Part shown: piece after piece, positions 41,512-51,320 of the stretch
How the letters are laid out: each line of letters opens with the position of its first letter
Numbering within the stretch: position 1 is the stretch's first letter
Virus record (IMG/VR): IMGVR_UViG_3300022843_000014
Location: 1 to 57,160 of that record
Source: a virus
Taxonomy: Duplodnaviria > Caudoviricetes
Reading direction: 5' to 3' (one strand)
Length of the DNA: 57,160 nt
The notes under the pieces: model-generated
The model's database searches: none
The model's input: only the letters and a program-made list of their open reading frames with translations
What the model was told of the DNA's origin: nothing
Program-made: the position numbers and the translations under genes

Positions 41512-41940
41512 ATGGTTAAATCAAAGTATATGAAAATAGTATTAGCTAGCTCTATGGTGATAGGGTTTATTGTCTCTTATTTCTTAAACATTACAATGGT
41601 TAATGCCGAACAATATATAGCAGTAGTAGCAGTAGTGATTATAGATGGTATATTTGGTATAATCTCGGGAATTAAACGTGAAGGGTTCAAAACATATAAA
41701 GCGATAAAAATACTGACATCACTTTTTGCATGGGTATTAATTCTAACTTCTATATTAATGGTAGAAAAAGGATTTCCGGGTACTAGTTGGTTAAGTGAAA
41801 CTATTATAGCTCCTTTTATCATATTCCAAATAATATCCGCTCTTAAGAATGCATCAATGGCTGGATTTATTCATAACGATTTACTAAATATTATTTTAGA
41901 TAAATTAGATAATCATAAAGGACAAAGAATTTTAAAATAA
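41512..41940 (+). CDS. Holin-like membrane protein
   Basis: Three to four TM segments, IIDGIFGI and SALKNA..AGF pattern; upstream of endolysin. Confidence 0.65.
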   Translation: MVKSKYMKIVLASSMVIGFIVSYFLNITMVNAEQYIAVVAVVIIDGIFGIISGIKREGFKTYKAIKILTSLFAWVLILTSILMVEKGFPGTSWLSETIIAPFIIFQIISALKNASMAGFIHNDLLNIILDKLDNHKGQRILK

Positions 41941-41955
41941 ATAAGTTATTTAAAT

Positions 41956-42219
41956 ATGTTATACCTGTTAAACCAATTAAAATGTAGATGGATGGCTTTT
42001 AAAGATATATTTAAAGATAGTAATGACCTGAATGAGAAAACTATTGTAGGCTTTGCTTGTTTTACAGTAATGGTTATATTTGCAACAGCAGATATAATCT
42101 CAGGATTTTTTGGTAGAGATCTAGTTATAAACGAATTTATTTATAACTCCTTTGTTATTATAACTCTAGGGTCCTTTGGTATTGCCGAAATAGGCAAAAT
42201 ATTTAGCAAAAAAGAATAA
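41956..42219 (+). CDS. Small two-TM membrane protein (lysis module)
   Basis: Two hydrophobic segments; adjacent to endolysin. Confidence 0.55.
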   Translation: MLYLLNQLKCRWMAFKDIFKDSNDLNEKTIVGFACFTVMVIFATADIISGFFGRDLVINEFIYNSFVIITLGSFGIAEIGKIFSKKE

Positions 42220-42238
42220 AGTACCAAAATAAAAGAAT

Positions 42239-42853
42239 ATGAGTTTAAAAAATTTACAGAGTAAGATTGGAACAACCAATGACGGAGTATTTGGTCCTGG
42301 CACAATGAAAAAAGCTATGGAGTTTTATAAATTCACTCCGGTAAGAGCAGCCCATTTCTTTGCCCAAACATCACATGAAACAGGCAATTTCAGATTATTT
42401 ACAGAAAATTTAAACTATAGTGCTAAAGGATTACAGAGCACATTTAAAAAGTATTTTCCTACTTTAGAGAAGGCACTACTTTACCAAAGAAAACCTCAAC
42501 AAATAGCAAACTTAGTATATGCATCTAGAATGTCCAACGGGAATGAGGCATCAGGAGATGGATGGAAATTTAGAGGAAGAGGAGCCTTGCAAACCACAGG
42601 TAAAGCAAATTATCAAGCTTTATCTAATTATTTAAAAAACCCCGAGATAATGGTTAATCCCGACTTAGTTGAGTCTGAATTTGCATTTGAATCAGCAATA
42701 TTCTTTTTTGATAAGAATAAACTTTGGTCTATTTGTGATGAAGGGATATCAGATAATACTATCTTAAAAATATCCAAACGCATTAATGGGGGAACAAATG
42801 GGTTAGAGGATAGAATTAAAAAAACCAAACAATATTTCAATTTTATAAAATAA
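42239..42853 (+). CDS. Endolysin, glycoside hydrolase family 19
   Basis: AHFFAQTSHET, ENLNYS, FRGRGALQTTGKANY, INGGTNGLEDR. Confidence 0.92.
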   Translation: MSLKNLQSKIGTTNDGVFGPGTMKKAMEFYKFTPVRAAHFFAQTSHETGNFRLFTENLNYSAKGLQSTFKKYFPTLEKALLYQRKPQQIANLVYASRMSNGNEASGDGWKFRGRGALQTTGKANYQALSNYLKNPEIMVNPDLVESEFAFESAIFFFDKNKLWSICDEGISDNTILKISKRINGGTNGLEDRIKKTKQYFNFIK

Positions 42854-42882
42854 CTAAATTAACTAAATAAAACAATAATAAA

Positions 42883-43170
42883 ATGGTAGAATTAATTAGA
42901 ATGAATAAATTAGCAGGTTTAATTACTGAAGAACAAGCTAGAAAAATGATGGATGTGTTAGGTACAGATCTAACAGAAGGTAAAGATTGGGCAGATTATG
43001 ATTGGGATTTTTCAGATTCAGATTCAATTGATTTTGGGAAATTTGAGGTTGATATTGCAGAATTTAAAAGGAATACTAAGGGGTTTGTTGTTGATAATAA
43101 TGGTAAAGAAAGGAAAATTGACAAAGCAACTATTAAGGATATACTTCAATCCTATAGAGAAAATAACTAA
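42883..43170 (+). CDS. Small protein: scaffold-like leader fused to duplicated acidic module
   Basis: N-terminal RMNKLAGLITE matches scaffold C-terminus RMRKLAGLI; C-terminal 63 aa shared with 32454..33014. Confidence 0.65.
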   Translation: MVELIRMNKLAGLITEEQARKMMDVLGTDLTEGKDWADYDWDFSDSDSIDFGKFEVDIAEFKRNTKGFVVDNNGKERKIDKATIKDILQSYRENN

Positions 43171-43171
43171 A
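42965..43171 (+). repeat. ~207-bp dispersed repeat, copy 2
   Basis: Near identical to 32809..33015. Confidence 0.95.
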
Positions 43172-43191
43172 TTATAATAAAAACAAAAGAT

Positions 43192-43225
43192 AGGTTGGAT
43201 AGCATCCAACCTTTTTGTATATTAA
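43192..43225 (+). terminator. Terminator hairpin overlapping an early promoter
   Basis: AGGTTGGAT-AGC-ATCCAACCT-TTTT; TTGG-N19-TATATTAA lies across it. Confidence 0.65.
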
Positions 43226-43260
43226 AACATAAACTGTAATTAAAAATTTAATGTATAAAT

Positions 43261-44286
43261 ATGAAAAATAAAATATTACCTTGGATAATATCCTTCGTAG
43301 CCTTAGGATTAAGTTCTACAGCGGCGTATTATAGTGTTGTAGGGTTGTCTAAACTATTTGCAGGAGTAGCAACAGCCGTAATTATTATGGCTAGTTTTCT
43401 AGAAGCCTCAAAACTAGTAATAGCCTCACTCCTTTTTCAATATTGGAAGACCATAAACAAACTATTAAGAATTTATCTAACATCCACTCTAGTAATTCTA
43501 ATCATAATAACATCCGTTGGTATTTATGGTATGCTAAGTGGAGGCTATCAACAGACTTATTCTAAGTTATCAATTGTAGAGAATCAAAAATTATTTACTC
43601 AACAAAAAATAAATTTTTATCAAACAGATATAAAAAGGTATGATACAGAAATTGAAAGAATATCTAGTAATATTAGTACTTTATCTAATGCAAAAGTTTC
43701 AACATTCCAAATACGAGACTCCAAGGTATCTGGGGGCGTTAGATCCACAATATCCACAGCTGAGATTAAAATGGCCCAAAATCGTATTATTGTTGAGGAA
43801 GAAAACCGAAAGAATATTCAAGAAAAAAGGATAGTAGCAACAGATAGCCTCCAGAAATTCCAGTTAGAAATATTAAAGCTAGATAATAATAACGACGTTG
43901 CTGGGGAACTAGGACCCCTACAGTATTTATCGGTTTTGACGGGTTACCCCATGGATAAAATTATAAATATATTACTACTTATTATAATATTTGTGTTTGA
44001 TCCTTTAGCTATATCTTTAGTAATAGCTGCAAACTTTGCTTTTAAACAAACATACCCTATAAAGGAATTAAAAATCAACTTACAGGAAGAAACTCTCCCA
44101 TCTAAAGAATTAGAAGAGTTAAAAGAACCACTACCCATTAAATCCCCATCTAATATTAATGCTAGGTATTCAAACCTTAATAATTATAATCTTACATCCC
44201 GAGATGGTAAGACCATAGATCTTCAAAATTTTATAAACCACCACACCACCCCTCCTGCTAGTAATGATGAAACTAAAACCTACTAG
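43261..44286 (+). CDS. Multi-TM coiled-coil membrane protein
   Basis: Three N-terminal TM segments, long coiled coil, C-terminal TM with IIFVFDPLA. Confidence 0.65.
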   Translation: MKNKILPWIISFVALGLSSTAAYYSVVGLSKLFAGVATAVIIMASFLEASKLVIASLLFQYWKTINKLLRIYLTSTLVILIIITSVGIYGMLSGGYQQTYSKLSIVENQKLFTQQKINFYQTDIKRYDTEIERISSNISTLSNAKVSTFQIRDSKVSGGVRSTISTAEIKMAQNRIIVEEENRKNIQEKRIVATDSLQKFQLEILKLDNNNDVAGELGPLQYLSVLTGYPMDKIINILLLIIIFVFDPLAISLVIAANFAFKQTYPIKELKINLQEETLPSKELEELKEPLPIKSPSNINARYSNLNNYNLTSRDGKTIDLQNFINHHTTPPASNDETKTY

Positions 44287-44311
44287 CTTATAAAAATCTA
44301 CCATAAAAAAC

Positions 44312-44342
44312 TAGGCTCCCCCTATATTTGTTCGTATATTTA
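44312..44342 (+). promoter_or_regulatory. Early (host sigma-type) promoter, representative of T(A/T)GG-N19-TAnnTT family
   Basis: Same 19-nt spacing at 300, 20244, 30608 (GTGG), 32391, 33042, 36083, 43195, 44312, 44810, 48402, 52824, 53103, 53295, 54565 and 55066. Confidence 0.8.
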
Positions 44343-44365
44343 CACCTAATAAAAAAATAAAGGTT

Positions 44366-44797
44366 ATGCCCATAGTAGAATTTTCAAATTTAAACAAACA
44401 TGGAAATATTCGCACCCGCAGATTTTGGCAAGAAAAATCCAGTTTGGGAATAAACCCCAATAAATTTGGTTCTTATATTGAATTTAGGCTGTTTAAATAC
44501 AAATATGTAAATAGATTGCCCCCTTCTTTTACTACTATTAAAAATAAAAGATATGTTATGCCAGGGTGGCAGGAAGTAATACACGGAACCACATTAGAGG
44601 ATATTGATTGGATTAAACCTAAAGTTAAACGTGCCGAAATATTTGAATATACTTTCAAATCTTCCAGTAGCGATAAGGTTTATACTACTAAAGAACACGT
44701 AGCAACAGACGGTTCCCGTAAATACAGCTGTTCATGTCCTGGGGCGTGGAGAGCTAAGGATAGAAGATGTACTCATATCATATCTTTAGAAAAATAA
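44366..44797 (+). CDS. SWIM zinc-finger protein
   Basis: C-terminal CSC...CTH. Confidence 0.75.
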   Translation: MPIVEFSNLNKHGNIRTRRFWQEKSSLGINPNKFGSYIEFRLFKYKYVNRLPPSFTTIKNKRYVMPGWQEVIHGTTLEDIDWIKPKVKRAEIFEYTFKSSSSDKVYTTKEHVATDGSRKYSCSCPGAWRAKDRRCTHIISLEK

Positions 44798-44889
44798 TGC
44801 ATAAAAAATTAGGCTCCCCCCTATATCTTTCGTATCTTCCCACGCTCGAGAGAGTTGAATGCTAATATTAATTTAAAATAACAAAGGTT

Positions 44890-45084
44890 ATGTATTTCCA
44901 AATCACAAACACAAGTAAAAAAAGAAACAACTTACTAAGAGTAGCATCTAAGGGTGCAGTTATTAGAACAATAAAGGAAAAAGGATGGAAATTATCCGAT
45001 TGTACTATCAAAGAATTAGCTGATAGTTTAGTTAAGAACTCATACAAAGAGGCAGATGGTAGGGATGCAACCAACCAACACTAA
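44890..45084 (+). CDS. Hypothetical early protein
   Basis: Early promoter at 44810 and AAAGGTTATG start context. Confidence 0.5.
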   Translation: MYFQITNTSKKRNNLLRVASKGAVIRTIKEKGWKLSDCTIKELADSLVKNSYKEADGRDATNQH

Positions 45085-45096
45085 AAGCTTTATATA

Positions 45097-45594
45097 ATGT
45101 TTAAAATTCCCCAAGAAAGAAGGAACATTGAGAATATGCTCAAATCCTATCAACCTCTAAATTACAATAGATTTAGATGGTGGAGGTGGTATGAAGAAAA
45201 ATCCAAACCCCTCCCGTACAAATCAAACTTTAGAGATAAAATACTAAACGGAGACTTTGATCACTCCTGCTATATGTTGCAGGCCTATCTATGTGAATAC
45301 ATGTTAAATGATTTAGAAATGGAATGTCAAGGAGATATAGCTAAATTCAACGAAAAGGGAGCAGTATTAAAGGCACGTAGGAAAAAATTATGGGAGGATT
45401 ATGAAAAAGATGAATTTAATAGATTAGAGGCTTTATTTAATCAATTTACTAAATATTTTAATATAGAAAAATCCCAAGTAATAGAAGAATGTCTAGAATG
45501 TAGTGGAAAAATAATAGATCTTTATTATATTATAGAAGATAAATACCCAAAATATAATACTATCACCTCTAAAAGAGGTAGACCTAAGAAATAA
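45097..45594 (+). CDS. Hypothetical protein
   Basis: 165-aa ORF ending in AT-hook-like KRGRPKK. Confidence 0.65.
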   Translation: MFKIPQERRNIENMLKSYQPLNYNRFRWWRWYEEKSKPLPYKSNFRDKILNGDFDHSCYMLQAYLCEYMLNDLEMECQGDIAKFNEKGAVLKARRKKLWEDYEKDEFNRLEALFNQFTKYFNIEKSQVIEECLECSGKIIDLYYIIEDKYPKYNTITSKRGRPKK

Positions 45595-45599
45595 AAGTT

Positions 45600-45794
45600 A
45601 TGACACCAATAGAAACAATAGCATTAGTATTAGTATCCTTAGTTTATACAGCTTCCCAACAATTATTAAATTGGTGGGGTAGAGTAGAACTAAAAGAACC
45701 ATCTGCCAGTTTATGGGGTTTGGTGATATTTCTTTTTATGATAACAAATATCTTATTTTATACTTTTATAATATACATGATAGAGTTAATATAA
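45600..45794 (+). CDS. Small membrane protein
   Basis: Two hydrophobic segments; AAAAGTTATG start context. Confidence 0.5.
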   Translation: MTPIETIALVLVSLVYTASQQLLNWWGRVELKEPSASLWGLVIFLFMITNILFYTFIIYMIELI

Positions 45795-45799
45795 AGAAT

Positions 45800-46521
45800 A
45801 TGAAAAACATAAAAACAATTACTCCGGGGAAAGCTAAACTTCGTGTTTGGCATTTCTCGGATACGTAACTCATACTTACCATAATTTACTAGTAGTACCT
45901 GAAGGTATTGATATGGTTATATTTAGTGGCGACTGTTCTAACCCCAGAAACCCTTATAATAACGAACCCGAAGTTAGAAACTTTATAGATTGGTTTAGTA
46001 ACCTACCTATTAAACATAAAGTGTTTGTAGCAGGAAACCATGATAGTTCAATTGAAAAAGGTTTAGTAACTAAGGCGGACTTTGATGGTGAATGTATTTA
46101 CTATTTAGAAAATACTCATATCACTATTGAGGGTATAAAGATATTTGGTTCACCTTATACACCTCAATTTGGAAATTGGTCATTTATGAAAGAAAGACAT
46201 AAATTAGATAGAATGTGGGATAAAGCAATAGACGACGACTCAGATATTATAGTAGTTCATGGCCCTCCCAAAGGAATATTAGACTTATCTTATGATAGAG
46301 CAAATAAACTTGAAAATTGTGGTGATAAAAGTCTATGGAATAAAGTTCAAGTAGTAAAACCAAAATTAATGTTATCTGGCCATATTCATGATAACAAAGA
46401 TATCATAAACTCTGGTACTAGAACAGTAAGAGGATTAGATACAATTTTTTCAAACGGTTCTGTAGTAACTGATGGTAAGTTTGGTAGATTAAGTAGTAAT
46501 GGTAATATTTTAGACATATAA
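45800..46521 (+). pseudogene. Calcineurin-like metallophosphoesterase, frameshifted in motif 1
   Basis: ATG 45800 reads ...RVWHFSDT then TAA; removing 5 nt (45863-45867) restores SDTH and joins the downstream GD, GNHD, HGPP and GHIH motifs. Confidence 0.75.
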
Positions 46522-46533
46522 ACATTTACAGTT

Positions 46534-47103
46534 ATGGCCACAATAGAATTAAATAACGATCAATTAAGACTAATCCAACAAGCCCTTGATTTATATTCAA
46601 GAGTGGGTATAGGACAATTTAGTGTAATAAAAGACCACCCAACATTTCAAAAACATTTATATAATGAATGTATACCTAATAAAAAACCTGAAGTTGGTGA
46701 CCGTACCTCTCAAGGGGAAATACTTGAAATCAAAGGTAATAAAGCTTTAATAGAAGTTATTTATGTAAAAAATGGACAGTGGAATAAAAAACAGGAATGG
46801 AAGAAATTAAAAGATGTTAAGTTATCTACTGATTATTCAAGATTTCACTTGGTTCAAGATGAAGTTGATAATATATTAACTAAAGCCCGAAATACATTAA
46901 TACAAGACTACTCAGTGGGAAGAAATGGGGGTTGGGGAATACACAACCCCAATGTAGATAATTCATGTAGAGAAGCTTATGATTTAATCCAAATCATAAG
47001 ACACGAGTTTTGGAAAGCAAACCCTAATAGAAGCGATATTACCGTTGATTCAAGTGTACACCTAGTAACAGATGAAACTAAAACTATAAAAGTAACATTA
47101 TGA
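46534..47103 (+). CDS. Hypothetical protein
   Basis: 189-aa ORF in the early gene string. Confidence 0.6.
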   Translation: MATIELNNDQLRLIQQALDLYSRVGIGQFSVIKDHPTFQKHLYNECIPNKKPEVGDRTSQGEILEIKGNKALIEVIYVKNGQWNKKQEWKKLKDVKLSTDYSRFHLVQDEVDNILTKARNTLIQDYSVGRNGGWGIHNPNVDNSCREAYDLIQIIRHEFWKANPNRSDITVDSSVHLVTDETKTIKVTL

Positions 47104-47321
47104 AAACCATAATACACGTTAACCAACATGTTATAAGAGCCAATAGAAAAAATAATGTTAATGATCCTGTCTTAACGGTTAAAACCCATAAAAGTAACGT
47201 TTATGCTCACGAAGTCGAAATATTTGGACCGAGTAAAATAGTATATAACGAAACCAAACCTCTAAGTTGTGGGGCTCATGTTTGGATAGAAACCTATAAC
47301 GAGGTAAAAATTATAAAATAA
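47100..47321 (+). CDS. Hypothetical protein
   Basis: IHVNQH...PLSCGAHVWIET; ATGA overlap with upstream gene. Confidence 0.65.
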   Translation: MKTIIHVNQHVIRANRKNNVNDPVLTVKTHKSNVYAHEVEIFGPSKIVYNETKPLSCGAHVWIETYNEVKIIK

Positions 47322-47329
47322 ATATCATT

Positions 47330-47551
47330 ATGAAATCTATACCTACAACTACAATTTCACTAAAGGAATTAAATATTACACCAAAACTAATAAAATTAAA
47401 AACAAACGACCCAGATAATTTTGACTATTGGAAAGAAAGGTGTATATTAGCTGAAAAGTATATAGAAGAATCTCCTTGTGACCCTGATATTTATATCTCA
47501 CAATTAGAAGCTTACCACAATTGGAAGGACTTTATTAAAAACGTATTATGA
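47330..47551 (+). CDS. Hypothetical protein
   Basis: 73-aa ORF closely spaced in the operon. Confidence 0.55.
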   Translation: MKSIPTTTISLKELNITPKLIKLKTNDPDNFDYWKERCILAEKYIEESPCDPDIYISQLEAYHNWKDFIKNVL

Positions 47552-47598
47552 AGGCAACATTAGAATTTGATTTAAAATAAATAAAAATAGTTACATAA

Positions 47599-48399
47599 AT
47601 GAAAATATCACACGAAGTACCTAGATGTCTTTTAACAGTATCCCCTAAATTTAATAAATACAACTATTGCTTACCTCATTTATTAGATATAGATAAGGAA
47701 TATGAGGCCTTCTTTAGATCAGAGAAGGAACAAGGGAGATATTGTATAATGGACAATAGTTTACATGAACTTTCTCACGCTTATGATAACGATCGTCTAA
47801 TATATTGGGTTAACGAATTAGAACCCGATGAATTTATAGTACCTGATGTTTGGATGGATTGTACTAAAACAATATTAGAGGCAAGCCATTGGATGCAACT
47901 AAAACTGCCTAAAAAAACTAAGCTAATAGCAGTAATTCAAGGACATAATGAACACGAAGCGTACTTATGTGCTGATTTATTATATGGTTTAGGTTATAAC
48001 AAATTATGTGTATCCTACGGTGCTACTTGGTATAATGATTTTTTCCCACATAGTAACGTGGACATGGGGAAGGCATTAGGTAGAGTACGGTTTGTACAGA
48101 GTTTGCTCCAACTTAAACATTTAAAAGATTTGAAATTGCATTTATTAGGGTGCACAATTCCATCAGAATTTGGTTGGTATGATAACCACCCTCAAATAGA
48201 ATCTATTGATACCTCTAACCCTATAATGGCTGCTTTAGAAGGTATTAAATATAAAAGTTATGGTTTAAACAGTAAACCTAAGGCTAATATGAACGACCAT
48301 TTTGATATGGAATATGATGAGTTGGATTATAGTATTGTTCTTTATAATGTAGAGAAGTTTAAACAAATAAACAACCTTTCTAGTAACAACCATGATTGA
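47599..48399 (+). CDS. TGT-fold transglycosylase, DpdA-like (putative 7-deazaguanine insertion)
   Basis: IMDNS, PDV, AVIQG, LHLLG and SIDTS motifs of the TGT/DpdA barrel; near queC. Confidence 0.7.
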   Translation: MKISHEVPRCLLTVSPKFNKYNYCLPHLLDIDKEYEAFFRSEKEQGRYCIMDNSLHELSHAYDNDRLIYWVNELEPDEFIVPDVWMDCTKTILEASHWMQLKLPKKTKLIAVIQGHNEHEAYLCADLLYGLGYNKLCVSYGATWYNDFFPHSNVDMGKALGRVRFVQSLLQLKHLKDLKLHLLGCTIPSEFGWYDNHPQIESIDTSNPIMAALEGIKYKSYGLNSKPKANMNDHFDMEYDELDYSIVLYNVEKFKQINNLSSNNHD

Positions 48400-48462
48400 A
48401 TTAGGCTACCCAAGATATTTTTTGTACCTTTATGGGAAAGATAATAATAAACAATAAAAGTT

Positions 48463-48897
48463 ATGAAAGAATATAAAGTAGAAGTTACAGAAGGAAGTAC
48501 AAGATGGTACAATTTAGAAGGGAAACGTCATAGAGAAGATGGCCCCGCTATTGAGTATTCAAATGGAGACAAATGGTACTACATTAATGGTCAACTTCAT
48601 AGAGAGGATGGTCCAGCAATTGTATGTATGAATGGAGACAAATGGTACTTCATTAATGGTAAACGTCATAGAGAAGATGGACCTGCTGTTGAGTGGAAAA
48701 ATGGATCTAAATCTTACTACATTAAGGGTGAGTGTCATAGAGAAGATGGACCTGCTATAGAATGGGTAAATGGAGATAAGTGTTACTTCATTAATGGTGA
48801 AGAATTAACCGAAGAAGAATTTAATAGTAGAACTAAAACCTGTGAAGGTAAGGTAGTAGAGATAGAAGGTGTAAAGTATAAATTAACTAAAATATAA
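48463..48897 (+). CDS. HREDGPA-repeat protein A
   Basis: Four 23-aa repeats; paralog at 54619..55053. Confidence 0.85.
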   Translation: MKEYKVEVTEGSTRWYNLEGKRHREDGPAIEYSNGDKWYYINGQLHREDGPAIVCMNGDKWYFINGKRHREDGPAVEWKNGSKSYYIKGECHREDGPAIEWVNGDKCYFINGEELTEEEFNSRTKTCEGKVVEIEGVKYKLTKI

Positions 48898-48902
48898 AAG
48901 TT

Positions 48903-49499
48903 ATGGTAGAGTATAAAGTTAAAGTTACAGAATATAGCACAGAATGGTACAACTTAAAAGGTCAACTCCATAGAGAAAATGGACCTGCTGTTAAGTGGAC
49001 AAGTGGATATAAAGCTTACTACATTAATGGTATAAAACATAGAGAAGATGGACCTGCTATTGAATATAGTGATGGAGCTAAATATTACTACATTAATGGT
49101 AAACGTCATAGAGAGGATGGTCCCGCTATTGAACATGCAGATGGAGGTAAATGGTACTACATTAACGGTAAACCACATAGGGAAGATGGCCCTGCTATTG
49201 AACATGCAGATGGAGGTAAATGGTACTTCATTAACGATAAATTATTAACCAAAAAAGAATTCAACAATAGAACAACACAAACAACTACAAAAATAGAAAC
49301 AATTATGATGTCACTTTATGATTATTTAGGAAAAGCAGCAGGTCCTGCTTTAGGAAAAAAAGTTTATGCTTATTCAAAAATTAGAAAAGAAAAAAAAGAA
49401 ATGAGAGATGTAGAAAACTCCAAATTTACGGGTGAAGTTTTCATATACAGAAAAGAATTCTTAGATGAATATTTTAAGGTCGAAAAAATATTTCAATAG
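48903..49499 (+). CDS. HREDGPA-repeat protein B fused to an unrelated C-terminal domain
   Basis: Four repeats, then a T-rich linker and a MMSLYDYLGKAAG... domain. Confidence 0.8.
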   Translation: MVEYKVKVTEYSTEWYNLKGQLHRENGPAVKWTSGYKAYYINGIKHREDGPAIEYSDGAKYYYINGKRHREDGPAIEHADGGKWYYINGKPHREDGPAIEHADGGKWYFINDKLLTKKEFNNRTTQTTTKIETIMMSLYDYLGKAAGPALGKKVYAYSKIRKEKKEMRDVENSKFTGEVFIYRKEFLDEYFKVEKIFQ

Positions 49500-49645
49500 T
49501 GAGCAAATCAAAACTACATAAAGAAATAGCAAAGTATAAAGTAGGAGATCCTATGTCTATAGAATTAGAAAAATATTTTAATAGATATAATTACAAGATT
49601 GGTAATAATAGAAAAGAATATAAAGAAAAAAAATATAATTAAAAT

Positions 49646-49798
49646 ATGATGGAAACAATTATACATACATTGGGGCTGTGTGGTGAAAACCACCTCAAAT
49701 TAATTGACCTGGTAGGTATTTATCCCCATATTATTGAAAACAAAAATACGTTAGCCTATACGTTTAAGAATACCTGGCAAAATTTAAATTTAAGATAA
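49646..49798 (+). CDS. Small hypothetical protein (below ORF-track cutoff)
   Basis: MMETIIHTLGLCGENH..., 50 aa, abuts queC. Confidence 0.45.
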   Translation: MMETIIHTLGLCGENHLKLIDLVGIYPHIIENKNTLAYTFKNTWQNLNLR

Positions 49799-49799
49799 T

Positions 49800-50672
49800 A
49801 TGGTAAAGCAAAAAGAACACGTAGTAGTATCATTAAGTGGGGGTTTAGATTCAAGTACATTACTTTTAAGATGTCTAAAGGAATTTAAAACTGTAACGGC
49901 GATAAGCTTTGATTATGGTCAAAAACACAGAGTAGAATTAGAAAGAGCTCAATCATTAGTAAAATATCTCCAAGACCAAGGGTTTGAATTAACTCACCAA
50001 ATAATAACATTAGGAGGGTTGTCTAATCTACTTGTAAGTGGTTTAGTAGATAATGGATCTATGGAAATGAAAAAGGGTCACTATGCTCACGAAAACGCAC
50101 TGACAACCGTAGTTCCAAATCGTAATGCTATATTTGCATCAATTACATATGCCATAGCTTTATCCATGGTTAAACGAACAGGGGAGTCGTGTAAAATAGC
50201 TTTAGGGACACATATGGGGGATTTTAACAACAAAACACAAACCGGAATATACCCTGATTGCTCAGAAGAGTTTCGTGTAGCTTTAGAACATGCCTTTAAA
50301 ATAGGAAATTGGGATTCCGATAAAGTAGATTACTATGCTCCATATAATATAACTGACAAAACCGGAGTATTGAAAGACGGCATTGAATGTTGTAAAAAAT
50401 TAGGGTTAGATTATAAAGAAATATATAGTAGAACAATGACCAGTTATGCTCCAATTTATGTAGGTTTTATTGATGGGGGGGATGATAATATAGAAAAAGG
50501 AGTATGGTATAGTGACTACTTAAGTGGATCAAGTATTGAACGTGTGGAAAGTTTTATCAAGTTAGGAATAGAAGACCCAGTTCAATATGCCGAAGAGGAT
50601 GGTACTTTAGTTTCATGGGAATTTGTTAAAAAATATGTTGAGAAAATTTGTAAAGAATACACACCCTCATAA
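49800..50672 (+). CDS. queC: 7-cyano-7-deazaguanine synthase
   Basis: SLSGGLDS PP-loop, FDYGQKH, VPNRNAIF, YPDC. Confidence 0.9.
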   Translation: MVKQKEHVVVSLSGGLDSSTLLLRCLKEFKTVTAISFDYGQKHRVELERAQSLVKYLQDQGFELTHQIITLGGLSNLLVSGLVDNGSMEMKKGHYAHENALTTVVPNRNAIFASITYAIALSMVKRTGESCKIALGTHMGDFNNKTQTGIYPDCSEEFRVALEHAFKIGNWDSDKVDYYAPYNITDKTGVLKDGIECCKKLGLDYKEIYSRTMTSYAPIYVGFIDGGDDNIEKGVWYSDYLSGSSIERVESFIKLGIEDPVQYAEEDGTLVSWEFVKKYVEKICKEYTPS

Positions 50673-50785
50673 AATTCACAATATGTATCGTACAGCTACT
50701 ATGTTAAGATAAAAATTAGTACTCATATTTATATATGATAGCTTCATTCAACCCTCATATAAAAATAAAGAGCATTAATATCAAA

Positions 50786-51313
50786 ATGATAGAACTAATA
50801 GACTTATCAAAAAACAAAATTCTTGTTCCAAGACGCTCTCCTGAGGAACGTTCTAAGAACTTTTTAATTGTCACCCAAAAGAAAATCAAACAATATATAA
50901 AGAGCGGTAGTAAAGGTGATCTTCATTTAATAGGTACACCTATAACCTCCCTACCTCAAGGTTTAACAGTAGAGGGATACCTTAATCTTTATGGGAGTAA
51001 AATAACTTCTCTACCCCAGGGCTTAACAGTAGGGGGTTATCTTGATTTAAACAAAACACCCATCACTACCCTCCCTAAAGGTTTAAAAGTAAAAGGTAAT
51101 CTTTTTTTAAGAAATACTCTAATAACCTCCCTTCTGCAAGGTTTAACAGTGGGAGGTGATCTTCATTTAGAAGATACTAAAATAACCTCCCTCCCTCAAG
51201 GTTTAACGGTAGAAGGGTATCTTTATTTACCAAGTATACCTTTCTTTAAAAAATATAGTGAAGAACAAATTAAACAAAGGGTACACGGAGTAAAACATAT
51301 AATATATTTATAA
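50786..51313 (+). CDS. LRR protein 1 (5 full 20-aa repeats)
   Basis: Start MIELIDL by homology to paralogs; repeat xLxLxxTxITSLPQGLTVxG. Confidence 0.85.
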   Translation: MIELIDLSKNKILVPRRSPEERSKNFLIVTQKKIKQYIKSGSKGDLHLIGTPITSLPQGLTVEGYLNLYGSKITSLPQGLTVGGYLDLNKTPITTLPKGLKVKGNLFLRNTLITSLLQGLTVGGDLHLEDTKITSLPQGLTVEGYLYLPSIPFFKKYSEEQIKQRVHGVKHIIYL

Positions 51314-51320
51314 ACATATA

